Shown here one piece after another: positions 47,091 to 55,638 of a stretch of 63,348 bases of DNA; the first letter of the stretch is position 1, and each line of letters begins with the position of its first letter. The notes beneath the pieces are model-generated. The model made no database searches. It saw nothing but the letters and a program-made list of their open reading frames with translations, and was not told where the DNA came from. Position numbers and translations under genes: made by a program. The stretch spans positions 1-63,348 of the IMG/VR virus record IMGVR_UViG_3300035688_000005; one strand, 5' to 3'. This stretch comes from a virus. Taxonomy: Duplodnaviria; Caudoviricetes.

Positions 47091-47162
47091 TGGAATCGGG
47101 GGGAATCGAACCCCCAGCCTCTCGCTTGCAGGGCGAGCGTTCTGCCGTTGAACTACGAACCC
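47091..47162 (-). tRNA. tRNA-Ala(TGC) with non-canonical C33
   Basis: GGGTTCG/CGATTCC acceptor with G3:U70 and A73; anticodon arm CTCGC-CCTGCAA-GCGAG; T-loop TTCGATT. Confidence 0.8.
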
Positions 47163-47386
47163 TTCTCAAATTCTTTGTGTAATTTCTTGTAATCTTTAGT
47201 CGTTAGACCAGTAGCTACTAGTAGTTTTACCAATTTATCCTTCTTTATGTCTTCTATTACCCATCTAAGAGCTTCTACCCAACCTGTTGCAATAACTGCG
47301 TTTATATGGTGTCCTGTCCTTTCTAACACCTCATATTCCTCTTCTCTTTGCTTAAGCTTCTCCTGAATTTTCTTCTTGCTTTTCAT
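47153..47386 (-). CDS. hypothetical protein
   Basis: ORF track; stop codon lies inside tRNA-Ala. Confidence 0.5.
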   Translation of the reverse strand: MKSKKKIQEKLKQREEEYEVLERTGHHINAVIATGWVEALRWVIEDIKKDKLVKLLVATGLTTKDYKKLHKEFEKGS

Positions 47387-47479
47387 TATCTAACCTCCGT
47401 TTTGCCTGCCCCGTTACAAACAGGGCACTTGTCCCAGCCGTGAAGTTCACATTTACACCAGCCTTTTCCATCACAGTTT

Positions 47480-47698
47480 TTACATCTCTCCTCCATCTTG
47501 CCTCAACTCTCTCATTTTTTGGGCTATCCTCTCGTTTGATTTTTTATGCTCTTCAGGTTCTTCTGCTATGAAATCCTTATCACGTAATCCGTTATGCCAC
47601 TTGTTCCAACAATCCTCGCAGTGCCAAACCATCATACCCATACCTCTCCTCATTCCTTCTGCACAGCACGGACAATCTGGATTTAAAACGAATGCCAT
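47480..47698 (-). CDS. Cys-rich small protein
   Basis: CPCC...HCEDC; degenerate paralog at 50951..51133. Confidence 0.6.
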   Translation of the reverse strand: MAFVLNPDCPCCAEGMRRGMGMMVWHCEDCWNKWHNGLRDKDFIAEEPEEHKKSNERIAQKMRELRQDGGEM

Positions 47699-47867
47699 AA
47701 CATCACTTGTAAAAGATGCAGACGCAGATTCCTCTTGAGCTGTTTTGGTCTATGAACTCTATCTTTTCCACGTTCTCTAACTTAGCTATCACTGGAGCTA
47801 CGTCCTCTTCTATTGCTTTTGCTTTGTTCCTTGTGTTATACTCCACCCATACGCATTTTACTTTCAT

Positions 47868-48266
47868 CTAATTCACCTCCAATTTTTGTTCTAGTTTTTT
47901 TCTTACCTCAATCGGGTTTGCAAGTCCGTTTGACAGTTTTATTGTTTTGCCGATTAGGAAATCAATTATCTTTGGCTTCCCTGCTTTATGGTCTTCTATG
48001 GCCCGCGGGTTATCCTCTAAAACCCTTTTGATTAATGGCTCTATATCAACTTCGGTTTTCTTCCCTTCGGTTAGTTCTTCCATAAAAAGACCTTCTTTAC
48101 CAATCTGTGTCGGGTCTGCTATTGCCCCTATTACTGCCCTTAGGTGCCTCTCCGCCCTCACTTTGGTTATTTTCCCTTCTTCTATCTTTTTCAAGAACCC
48201 TATGAACCATTCCTGAAAGGTAGGAGCATTTATTATTGTATCAAATTTGCCCATACCACCACTCAA
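47868..48266 (-). CDS. protein with GatB/YqeY C-terminal tRNA-binding-like domain
   Basis: VLEDNPRAIEDHKAGKPKIIDFLIGKTIKLSNGLANP..V...L...L. Confidence 0.7.
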   Translation of the reverse strand: MSGGMGKFDTIINAPTFQEWFIGFLKKIEEGKITKVRAERHLRAVIGAIADPTQIGKEGLFMEELTEGKKTEVDIEPLIKRVLEDNPRAIEDHKAGKPKIIDFLIGKTIKLSNGLANPIEVRKKLEQKLEVN

Positions 48267-48475
48267 TCAACAATCTCTGCGAAGCAAAACTTCGGCAAGA
48301 CATTAGTGACTTTGACTTTATACCTTTCCCCCCTCTTTCCGTTGGGGACTATGACAGTATAATTGTTGTATTTGGCTATTCCATCTCCTTTCCTTCCGAC
48401 TCCCTCAATCTCAACCAGAATCTCCTGGTCTTTCTTGATTGGAATCGGCATATCTTCTTCAGTCATATCCATCAC
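48263..48475 (-). CDS. single TRAM-domain RNA-binding protein (archaeal type)
   Basis: PIK..QE..VEIEGVGRKGDGIAK..NYTVIVP....GE..KVKVT.V.PKF.FAE. Confidence 0.9.
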   Translation of the reverse strand: MMDMTEEDMPIPIKKDQEILVEIEGVGRKGDGIAKYNNYTVIVPNGKRGERYKVKVTNVLPKFCFAEIVD

Positions 48476-48819
48476 CTCCTGAATCTTGTGATACCCAAGT
48501 CGCCTATCAGCTCTATCATATTGTGCCTAATCTGCTGCCTTTGGTCCAGTATCTTGAACAGCTCCTCTTTTTTCATCTTGAATTTTATCTGCGGTTCTCC
48601 AGTCAGATTCGGCCTTTCCAAGTCCCAGTCGCCTTTCTCATCCACGACCGTTATCATATCGTTCTTTTGCTTCGTTGCATCGTCTATAATTTTGAAGAAT
48701 TCGGGCATATTGGCCCTGAAGCTTATCTCGCCTGGCTTCAAGTCCTTTAGCTGCGTGTCCATAACGTATCTCTTCTCCTCGAATTCCCTTACGACGTCCC
48801 CTGGCTTCATCCTTCCCAT
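48472..48819 (-). CDS. hypothetical protein
   Basis: ORF track, coupled to terminase stop. Confidence 0.55.
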   Translation of the reverse strand: MGRMKPGDVVREFEEKRYVMDTQLKDLKPGEISFRANMPEFFKIIDDATKQKNDMITVVDEKGDWDLERPNLTGEPQIKFKMKKEELFKILDQRQQIRHNMIELIGDLGITRFRR

Positions 48820-50372
48820 TATGTCTCACCCCTCGGTCTGAATTTGACTCTCGGGTCGGTCGTCACTACCGACGGCTCTTTCATCTCCTTTACCTTATCG
48901 TCTATCGGCTCGGACGAGATTATGGTCTCCCCCCTCAGTGCCTTTAGATACTTCTCCCTTTTTTCATCCATTTCGACTCTCATCTTGCCGAACGCCGCCT
49001 GCGGGATTTGCCTGCTCGCCATAAAGAACAAAGCTAAAGATAAAGAGTCAGAGAAATCATCGTGGGCTTTCGGGGCGTCTGGGTGATGAACCATCAAGTG
49101 CCCCGAACTCGTGTATTTGAACTTCAAGTCGGCGAGTTGCAGGAGCAGTTTCGTGTGGTCCGCTGGGAGTTCCAGCATCAATCCCCTTCTTTGGTATGCC
49201 TCGGAAGTCGTGTTCGAGAGGTTGGCGTCGTTTATCTTCTTGTTCTGCTCCATCAGCCATTTCAGGTTCTTATACATAGCCTCCCTTTTGTTGTCGTCGG
49301 AATTCTCAACCCTCTCGTTGCCCCTTATGGGGACAATCGGGAGCCTCTGCTCCTTCACATATGCGTATACGCCCTCGCCCATCCCAGCGGCGTCAACATA
49401 AATCTGCCTGAAGTTCCAAACCCTATGCAAAGCCTGTATCCTCCCCATAGCGTCGGTCAGCATAGTCTTAGAAGTATGCTCTATGTGCACAACTCTGATT
49501 GGCTCCTTCAAGTAAGAGATGGGGTTCACTTGGACTATCGTATAAACCGATTCGTCTTCGCCTTGAGCCGCCAAGTCTACCCCCAAGTAGTAATCGTATC
49601 CTATTCTGGGCGCGGATAGTTGCTCCACGTCTCTTGCGCTCGCCTGGATTAGGTATCTCGGGATGTATGCGTCGCCCTCCTCCAGGAACTCCCCCTCGAA
49701 CTCCTGCCTGTATTCCGCCTCCGTCAGCTCGTTCCTTTTGGACTGCAGGAAGTCTTTTAGGATTAGCGGGCACTCTTCCGATTTTATCGCGTGCTTCTCC
49801 CACATATCCGAGTTCCAGGCGTCCCAGAACCTTCCTCTCTTTCCGAAAGGGGTAGATAGCAAGAATAGGTCTCCGTTTGTTGCAGCCAGCGCTGGTTCCA
49901 CTGCGGTGAACACCTTGTCTGGGACGAACGCCGCCTCGTCAACTATAATCAGGTTCGCACTGAAGCCCCTTATCGTGTCCCCAGTGTGCCCAGCAGGGAG
50001 CGAGTGTATCTGGCTCCCGTTGTCAAAATACAAGGCGGTCAGTGTCTCCCTGATTAGCGTCGTCTTGAAGCACTTGTCCACCATCTCCCTTATCTTCCAG
50101 AACAGGAGCGAGGACTGCCGCTGTGTCGGCGAGAGGATTAGGATGGTGTATTTATTGTAGAAATACGCCCGATACACGGCTTTGATTGCCACCATCGTCG
50201 ACTTGCCCACCTGCCTTCCTGCTTTGATTATTATTCTTTTTTTCGTGGAGAGCAGGAAGTTCTCCTGGTATCTGAACGGTCTCAGCCCCCCGACCAGATG
50301 CGCGAATACGATGGGGCTCCCCATCTCCCTTATTATGCTCTCCTCCTCAATAGCCCTGGCCTGTTGCTGCAT
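48819..50372 (-). CDS. terL: terminase large subunit
   Basis: Walker A AGRQVGKS, Walker B IIVDEAAF, STP, RNase H-fold LGVDLA, YVD, HDDFSDS. Confidence 0.95.
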   Translation of the reverse strand: MQQQARAIEEESIIREMGSPIVFAHLVGGLRPFRYQENFLLSTKKRIIIKAGRQVGKSTMVAIKAVYRAYFYNKYTILILSPTQRQSSLLFWKIREMVDKCFKTTLIRETLTALYFDNGSQIHSLPAGHTGDTIRGFSANLIIVDEAAFVPDKVFTAVEPALAATNGDLFLLSTPFGKRGRFWDAWNSDMWEKHAIKSEECPLILKDFLQSKRNELTEAEYRQEFEGEFLEEGDAYIPRYLIQASARDVEQLSAPRIGYDYYLGVDLAAQGEDESVYTIVQVNPISYLKEPIRVVHIEHTSKTMLTDAMGRIQALHRVWNFRQIYVDAAGMGEGVYAYVKEQRLPIVPIRGNERVENSDDNKREAMYKNLKWLMEQNKKINDANLSNTTSEAYQRRGLMLELPADHTKLLLQLADLKFKYTSSGHLMVHHPDAPKAHDDFSDSLSLALFFMASRQIPQAAFGKMRVEMDEKREKYLKALRGETIISSEPIDDKVKEMKEPSVVTTDPRVKFRPRGET

Positions 50373-50805
50373 ACTCCTCCGCCTTCTGCTTTCTTACTTC
50401 CTTAATCTTCTGGACCAGGACGTTGTAGGTGACGTCGAAGCTCTGCATACTAATCGGCTGCATCGGGAATATTCCCATCACCTGCATCCTCCTCAGCTTT
50501 TCCTTGTCCTCGTCCCTCAGGGACGAGATGGCCCTTTCCCTTTCCAGCGGGGTGATGTTCCCGTCGACGATTATCTTCCACAGTTCCCTCTTCCTTACTT
50601 CCATATTCTCTTCCAGCTCGGCCACTATCTCGTCTGGGTTCTTAGTCAGCTTGGACGCCCACACCTTCTTCAGCTTGGCCATATCGCTCCTGACGGTCCT
50701 CTCGGTCAGGGATAGGCCCTTGGCTATGCTCGCCACCCTCGCCCCTCTCAGGTATAGCGATTCTATTTTTCCGAGCCTTTCCTGCCTTTCTTCCCACGTC
50801 GCCAT
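50347..50805 (-). CDS. terS: terminase small subunit
   Basis: N-terminal HTH (LYLRG....IA..L......V..D); directly upstream of terL. Confidence 0.7.
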   Translation of the reverse strand: MATWEERQERLGKIESLYLRGARVASIAKGLSLTERTVRSDMAKLKKVWASKLTKNPDEIVAELEENMEVRKRELWKIIVDGNITPLERERAISSLRDEDKEKLRRMQVMGIFPMQPISMQSFDVTYNVLVQKIKEVRKQKAEEYAATGQGY

Positions 50806-50950
50806 ATGAAATTCTCACCTTTCGTTTGTCATTCATAGGTGGATAAATATAAATTTGATTGGAGAAATTGAAAAGTAAATCGACGTATCATATCTATCCT
50901 CCTTATCTATTTAATTAGTTATATTGTCAAGGACTAGTATTTAAGCTTTT

Positions 50951-51133
50951 CTATCCTGGACTTTCCTTGAAATCCTTGACTTTTAGCCCGTTGTGATGCT
51001 TGTTCCACCAGTCCTCGCAGTGCCATCCGTTTTTTCTTATTTCCTCTGCATTCTTGCAGTCCTTGGTCTTCTCCTGGAACATCCGCGTCGCCCTCGGGCG
51101 GCGGGGGCGTTCGGGTTCGAAGACGAACGCCGT
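50951..51133 (-). pseudogene. degenerate paralog of 47480..47698 (ACG in place of ATG)
   Basis: TAFVFEPERPRR...WHCEDWWNKHHNGLKVKDF vs MAFVLNPDCPCC...WHCEDCWNKWHNGLRDKDF. Confidence 0.65.
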
Positions 51134-51137
51134 TTTC

Positions 51138-52115
51138 TCACGCCCCGTCGTATATGGTCTCCCTGATGTGCCTCGCCAGCGCCTCCATAAACTTGGGCAT
51201 CACCGCGTTGCCGAGCATCCCCCACCCGTCCTCGAACTTCATATTCTCTGGGAATCTGAACTCGTCTGGGAACGAGCACAGCCTCTTCAGTTCGGAAATG
51301 GTTATGTTCCTATCCTCCGCCCAGTGAATTATGTTGTTTCCTCCAGCAAAGACCGTTTTTACGACCGTCGGGGACGGTCTGCCGCTGTGGAGCCTGTGGA
51401 ATCCGAACCAGTGCCCCTTCGGGTGGTATTTGCTTGCGTTCTCCCCCATCCTTACTAACTTTAGGTATTTCTTGCAGAGTTCGGTGGAGACTATCCGTTT
51501 CGCCCACTCCATCTCGCCTTCCGTGTTCTTAGTTTCCGCCAGGGCGTCCTTTGCGGTTATCAGGCTTTTTGACGGGGGGGGGAACGACGGTTCGATGCCC
51601 AGGTCGTCCCTGACGCCTATCCAGATGAGCCTTTTCCTCGACTGCGGGACGCCGTAGTTCTTCGCGTTCATCAGCATACATCTTACGCTGTAGCCAGACG
51701 CCTTCATCTCCGTGGTATAGAGCTTGAACAGCCCCTTCATATTCCCCTTGGCCATCCCGCTGACGTTCTCGATGAGGAACGTCCTCGGTCTTATCTCCCT
51801 TATGAGCCTTATGTTCTCAAGCACCAGGTCGTTCCTGCTATCGGTCACTCTTCTCCTGCCAGCCGTTGAGAACCCCTGGCACGGGGGGCTTCCGTCAAGG
51901 TGGTCTATTTTGCCGAATTTTTCCGTTATTTCTTTTCCTGTTACTGTCCGTATGTCGCGCTCCCATATCTCCGTGCCTGGGAAGTTGAGCCTGAACGTAT
52001 CGCAGCACTTCCTGTCGTTGTCTATCGCTAGCAGCTCACCGAATCCAGCCCGCCTATAGCCGAGAGAACTTCCCCCGCAGCCCGCGAAGATGGAGACGAG
52101 AGTTGGTGCTCCCAT
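51138..52115 (-). CDS. DNA (cytosine-5) methyltransferase
   Basis: FAGCGG, GSPPCQGFS, ENV, Q.R.R, R..T..E..RL..FP, GNAV; start refined to MGAPTLV. Confidence 0.95.
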   Translation of the reverse strand: MGAPTLVSIFAGCGGSSLGYRRAGFGELLAIDNDRKCCDTFRLNFPGTEIWERDIRTVTGKEITEKFGKIDHLDGSPPCQGFSTAGRRRVTDSRNDLVLENIRLIREIRPRTFLIENVSGMAKGNMKGLFKLYTTEMKASGYSVRCMLMNAKNYGVPQSRKRLIWIGVRDDLGIEPSFPPPSKSLITAKDALAETKNTEGEMEWAKRIVSTELCKKYLKLVRMGENASKYHPKGHWFGFHRLHSGRPSPTVVKTVFAGGNNIIHWAEDRNITISELKRLCSFPDEFRFPENMKFEDGWGMLGNAVMPKFMEALARHIRETIYDGA

Positions 52116-52447
52116 ATCCTTATCACCTCGTATCCCGAGTCCCTGAGAATCGCCCTGTTCCTGCGGTCGCGCCTCTTGTTCGTAGCTATCTTGTCCCGCC
52201 AGAACTTGGGCAGACCCGACAGCTTCTTCTCGCCTGCCCTGTAGCCGTGCCAGAAGTCGCCGTCTACGAAAATTAGTTTCTTCGGGTAGACCAGGACGTC
52301 TGGATTCCCGAATATTTTGGGGTGCATCCTGTGCCTGACCCTGTTGCCCTTCAGGATGTTGTGGACTGCCCTCTCTGGCTTCGTCCACTTCCCCCTTATC
52401 TTGGACATTATCTCGCTCCTCTTCTCCCTCGTGAATATGTCTGTCAT
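52028..52447 (-). CDS. vsr: very short patch repair endonuclease
   Basis: MTDIF..EKRSEIMSKIR...TKPE...GNPD...FVDGDFWHG...FW..KI..N..RD. Confidence 0.9.
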   Translation of the reverse strand: MTDIFTREKRSEIMSKIRGKWTKPERAVHNILKGNRVRHRMHPKIFGNPDVLVYPKKLIFVDGDFWHGYRAGEKKLSGLPKFWRDKIATNKRRDRRNRAILRDSGYEVIRIWEHQLSSPSSRAAGEVLSAIGGLDSVSC

Positions 52448-52451
52448 CTTT

Positions 52452-52925
52452 TCACCATTCGTATCCGCACTTGGGGCACCTGTTGGCCGTCGGGATGCTC
52501 TCGTCCAGTTCGGTTATGGTCGGCTCCTCCTCCGAGAGTATCTTCTTTATCTCCCACTCGTCGAACCCCGAGATGCTTATGTCCGCCCCGTCCGACCTCG
52601 CTATCTCCGTTATTATCGCCCTCAGCTTCTCCTCGTCCCAGTCGCCCTGAATCCTGTTCAGGGCCAGGTTGAGCAGCTTCTCCTTTTTTTCCGTCAGGTC
52701 AACGAAAACCACTGGCACGTCCTTCATCCCGAGCTCCTGCGCCGCCCTGACCCTCTGGTGCCCGCCGACTATGAAGTTCGCCCTGTCCTTGCTACTGTTC
52801 ACCACGATAGGCTCCACGAAACCGAACTCCCTGATGCTCCGCTTCAGCTTCTCCATCTCAGCCCTCGGCATCTGCCTCGGGTTGTATTCCGCGAACTTGA
52901 GCTCCGATACGGCTATCTTCTCCAT
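52452..52925 (-). CDS. ParB-N/Srx domain protein
   Basis: YNPR...L.RSI.EFGFVEPIVV...IVGGHQRV.AA; C-terminal CPKCG. Confidence 0.85.
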   Translation of the reverse strand: MEKIAVSELKFAEYNPRQMPRAEMEKLKRSIREFGFVEPIVVNSSKDRANFIVGGHQRVRAAQELGMKDVPVVFVDLTEKKEKLLNLALNRIQGDWDEEKLRAIITEIARSDGADISISGFDEWEIKKILSEEEPTITELDESIPTANRCPKCGYEW

Positions 52926-52930
52926 TCAAA

Positions 52931-53332
52931 TCACTTCGGATTTATTTCCCCCAGCACCTTCTCTATGTGCTTGCAGGTCTGCCTGGACTTGTATTCGTCG
53001 CACTGGCAGAAGTTCTGTCCCAGGCCCACTATCACCCTGAACTCTTTTTCCCCCTCGGACACTGCGTATCCGCTTTCTGTTTTTTTGACTACTAGTTCAG
53101 TTGGTTCTTTTTCATTTGGATTTTTTCCCGTCTTCTCTCTCTCTTCGTTAACCTTCTCCCTGATGAACTCCGCGTAGGTCTTGTGGTGCGATATTATCCA
53201 CCTCTTGTCGTCAATCGCAATAGAGCAGGTCAGGGTCGTTTTTTCCTTCCCCATTCGCTTCCTCTTCGGCCTTTCTTCCGCCGCCTCTGGCGCTGGCGAG
53301 GCGCCCAGATTCTGATTGTCCACCCATCTCAC
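52931..53332 (-). CDS. SWIM Zn-finger protein
   Basis: CQC........CKHI. Confidence 0.65.
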   Translation of the reverse strand: MRWVDNQNLGASPAPEAAEERPKRKRMGKEKTTLTCSIAIDDKRWIISHHKTYAEFIREKVNEEREKTGKNPNEKEPTELVVKKTESGYAVSEGEKEFRVIVGLGQNFCQCDEYKSRQTCKHIEKVLGEINPK

Positions 53333-53425
53333 CCCTCTATTTAATTAGTTAGTATTTAGTTTGAAGGGGTATATAAAGATTTATCTTGTGCGGGATATAA
53401 GATTAATTAAATAAGAGCGGTTGAT

Positions 53426-53493
53426 TTGTGGGGGCGCCAGACCCAAAAGGAGGCGATTAGAGAATTCTAATCTATCTTTTGGCCTGATGCCCT
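53426..53493 (-). ncRNA. 68-nt BHB-flanked intergenic stem-loop
   Basis: TAA-GTGG-AGA-GGGCATCAGGC ... GTCTGGCGCCC-CCAC-AAA. Confidence 0.65.
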
Positions 53494-53499
53494 CTCCAC

Positions 53500-53792
53500 T
53501 TAACTTTTAACTTCCTTTTTAAATTCAAACTTTGTTATGAACTCCTCCAAGTTGTCTATGTTCGTCTCGTCGCAGTCCTTTATGCTTACTATCAGTTGTT
53601 GAAAGAGGAATTCCTTTCCGTGCCAAAAGAACAACATCTTTTCGGCTGTTTTCTCGTCCGCTTTCTCTATCAGTTTTAGCACTTCTTCTTTCAGATGTTC
53701 TAGCTGGTCTGCTTCGTCTCCGAACTGGTCTTCCCGTAGTTTCCTGTTATGTGCCTGTCCAACGATTCCTTCATCCGTCTATCCATTTCCAT
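53500..53792 (-). pseudogene. hypothetical protein with apparent 1-nt deletion at 53733-53735
   Basis: MEMDRRMKESLDRHITGNYG continues as EDQFGDEADQ...VLKLIEKA only if GGG is GGGG. Confidence 0.5.
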
Positions 53793-53959
53793 TTTTACTT
53801 ACCTCCTTTTTCCATTAAAGTTTTCTTGCTTGGGTAGATGGTGGTTCTATGTGGTTTTACCCAGATTTTTTTACCATTATGTAATATTCTCCAGTGTCCC
53901 TTTACACATCCTTCAGTTGCACCTGCGGTATTCTCTAATCTTGTTGCGAATGTTCCCAT

Positions 53960-54181
53960 CTATCTTACCTCCTCTATCTGTTCAAGTGTTTTCTTCCAAA
54001 ATGTTATCTCTTTTCTCATCGCCTTTTTATCTACTTGTGCATCTAGGGTAATTGAGTCTGCGTCTTCCAAATCTTCTATCACTTGATTTATCGCTGGCTT
54101 TATGATGTGCTCAATTATCTCTGTGCAGTGGGCATTCGCCAAAACGTCCATAACATTTTCTTTCCAATCTGACATATTCAA
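53960..54181 (-). CDS. hypothetical protein
   Basis: ORF track, GGAGG SD. Confidence 0.5.
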   Translation of the reverse strand: MNMSDWKENVMDVLANAHCTEIIEHIIKPAINQVIEDLEDADSITLDAQVDKKAMRKEITFWKKTLEQIEEVR

Positions 54182-54187
54182 CGCCTC

Positions 54188-54400
54188 CTATTCATCATCC
54201 ATTATCGTATCGTGAATTAGTCCTCTGATTTCTTGGTCTGCCATCTCCCAAATATCCCATAATTCTTCTGGCAGTTTTTCAATTATTTCCTCGTCTATGC
54301 CGACAAAATTCTCTTCGCCCCAAGGAGTAGTCCTTCTTTTAATCGCTTCCTTTGTTGTTTTGATTACCAAGTTTCTGTTTTTCTTTCCTATGCTTCTCAT
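54188..54400 (-). CDS. hypothetical protein
   Basis: ORF track. Confidence 0.5.
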   Translation of the reverse strand: MRSIGKKNRNLVIKTTKEAIKRRTTPWGEENFVGIDEEIIEKLPEELWDIWEMADQEIRGLIHDTIMDDE

Positions 54401-54699
54401 TCTACTCTCCTCCTGCCTGAAAAAGGCAAATTCTTTTTAGGGATTTCCCACGTCTTTGGACTTAAACTTTCTATCTCAGCCTGGCTGAAGTTCCCCCATT
54501 CTTCCTCTAATCCCTGCACGAAGCCGAACCAAATCGTGTCCTCTACCACCTTTCCGTCTATCATACTTCCATTCGGCAGTTTCCTTTCCTCTACCTTTTC
54601 AGTGGCAAACCAGAACCGCCCCGTGAACGATTCGAAACCTTTGATTACTTCGTGCCCGTCTATATGCAATTTCCCGTTTTTTGAACTAAACTCCGCCAT
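54397..54699 (-). CDS. DUF2958-like protein
   Basis: WFATE...WFGFVQGLEEEWGNFS..EIE. Confidence 0.65.
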   Translation of the reverse strand: MAEFSSKNGKLHIDGHEVIKGFESFTGRFWFATEKVEERKLPNGSMIDGKVVEDTIWFGFVQGLEEEWGNFSQAEIESLSPKTWEIPKKNLPFSGRRRVE

Positions 54700-54844
54700 T
54701 TACTCCGCCTCCTTTTTGTAATGATGCCAAAGCTCTATGCTCTCCCTGTGCAAAGGGTCTTTGACATTTCTCAGTTCTCCTAGTCTTTCGTCCGCGAAAA
54801 ACTCTTCCTTCCCTATTTTTATTATTGGCAAAGCCGTTACCATA

Positions 54845-55066
54845 TTAACCTCTCCTTTTTAGTTCATCTCCCGCCTTCTCTTGCAATTCACCAAGCATCT
54901 GTATCATCAGTTTTCTGTCCTCGTCTAATCCGTCTTTGTTGTTTAGAGAGATTGCCAAAAGCAACCTTTCTGCTATCGCTCTTGAAATAAAATCCTTTAA
55001 TTGCTCTTTCGTATATTTTTTAAATGCTCTTTCCAATTTTACCTTATCTTTTTTTGTGAATTCCAT
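54845..55066 (-). CDS. hypothetical protein
   Basis: ORF track. Confidence 0.5.
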   Translation of the reverse strand: MEFTKKDKVKLERAFKKYTKEQLKDFISRAIAERLLLAISLNNKDGLDEDRKLMIQMLGELQEKAGDELKRRG

Positions 55067-55294
55067 TACTCATACGCCTCGTTGTGTCTTGGCTCTATGT
55101 CTACATCGTCCTCTATTTCCACTTCTTGTATATGCCCGCACTTCTTGCAGGTCACTTCTCCTTGAACTCTTACAACTACCATCTTCATCTCCTCCCGTCT
55201 TTTTTATGTTTCGGTATATAGTGTTCTGCGTCCAACCTATGCGTCTTGCATTTGGCTATCTCGCTAAACTTTACTACTCTTATTTTTGCCATCC

Positions 55295-55609
55295 TTAATA
55301 CACCCTCTTTATCCATTCCGCTCTTCCTATGAAACCTTTCTTGCAGTTGCAGCTTATCAATTGTCCCCTGCACTTCGGGCATCTTTCCATGTCGCAACCG
55401 AAGTGGTGTAGATTTCCTTTCTTGTTCACAATACCGCAGTCGTGACATCTCTCGTTTACATCGAAGTATTCCGTGTTTCTTGCGTAAGCTTTTTTGTTGA
55501 TTTGTATTAGGTTAAAGTCTTCACTGCAACTTTCGGTTTTTTTGTTTGTCATCTCTTTCCTGCAATCACCACATTCTGCCATCTTCTCAACCTCCTTTTT
55601 TATAATCAT
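55295..55609 (-). CDS. Cys-rich Zn-binding protein
   Basis: RCHDCG.....HHFGCDMERCPKC.GQLISC.C; real start probably MAECG. Confidence 0.65.
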   Translation of the reverse strand: MIIKKEVEKMAECGDCRKEMTNKKTESCSEDFNLIQINKKAYARNTEYFDVNERCHDCGIVNKKGNLHHFGCDMERCPKCRGQLISCNCKKGFIGRAEWIKRVY

Positions 55610-55613
55610 AAGT

Positions 55614-55638
55614 CGGGTGGCTGGGGTTTCCCCCAGCT
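55614..55638 (-). ncRNA. 25-nt BHB-flanked GNRA hairpin
   Basis: AG-GGTG-AGA-GCTGGGG-GAAA-CCCCAGC-CACC-CGA-CT. Confidence 0.65.

Noticed and set aside
47480-51133. Diversity-generating retroelement TR/VR pair
   Set aside because: No reverse transcriptase in the window; differences are not restricted to coding-strand adenines and include indels
51138-52388. 416-aa methyltransferase with N-terminal extension
   Set aside because: Extension overlaps vsr in another frame; motif I begins just after ATG 52115
53733-53735. Programmed -1 frameshift
   Set aside because: No slippery heptamer; probably a missing G
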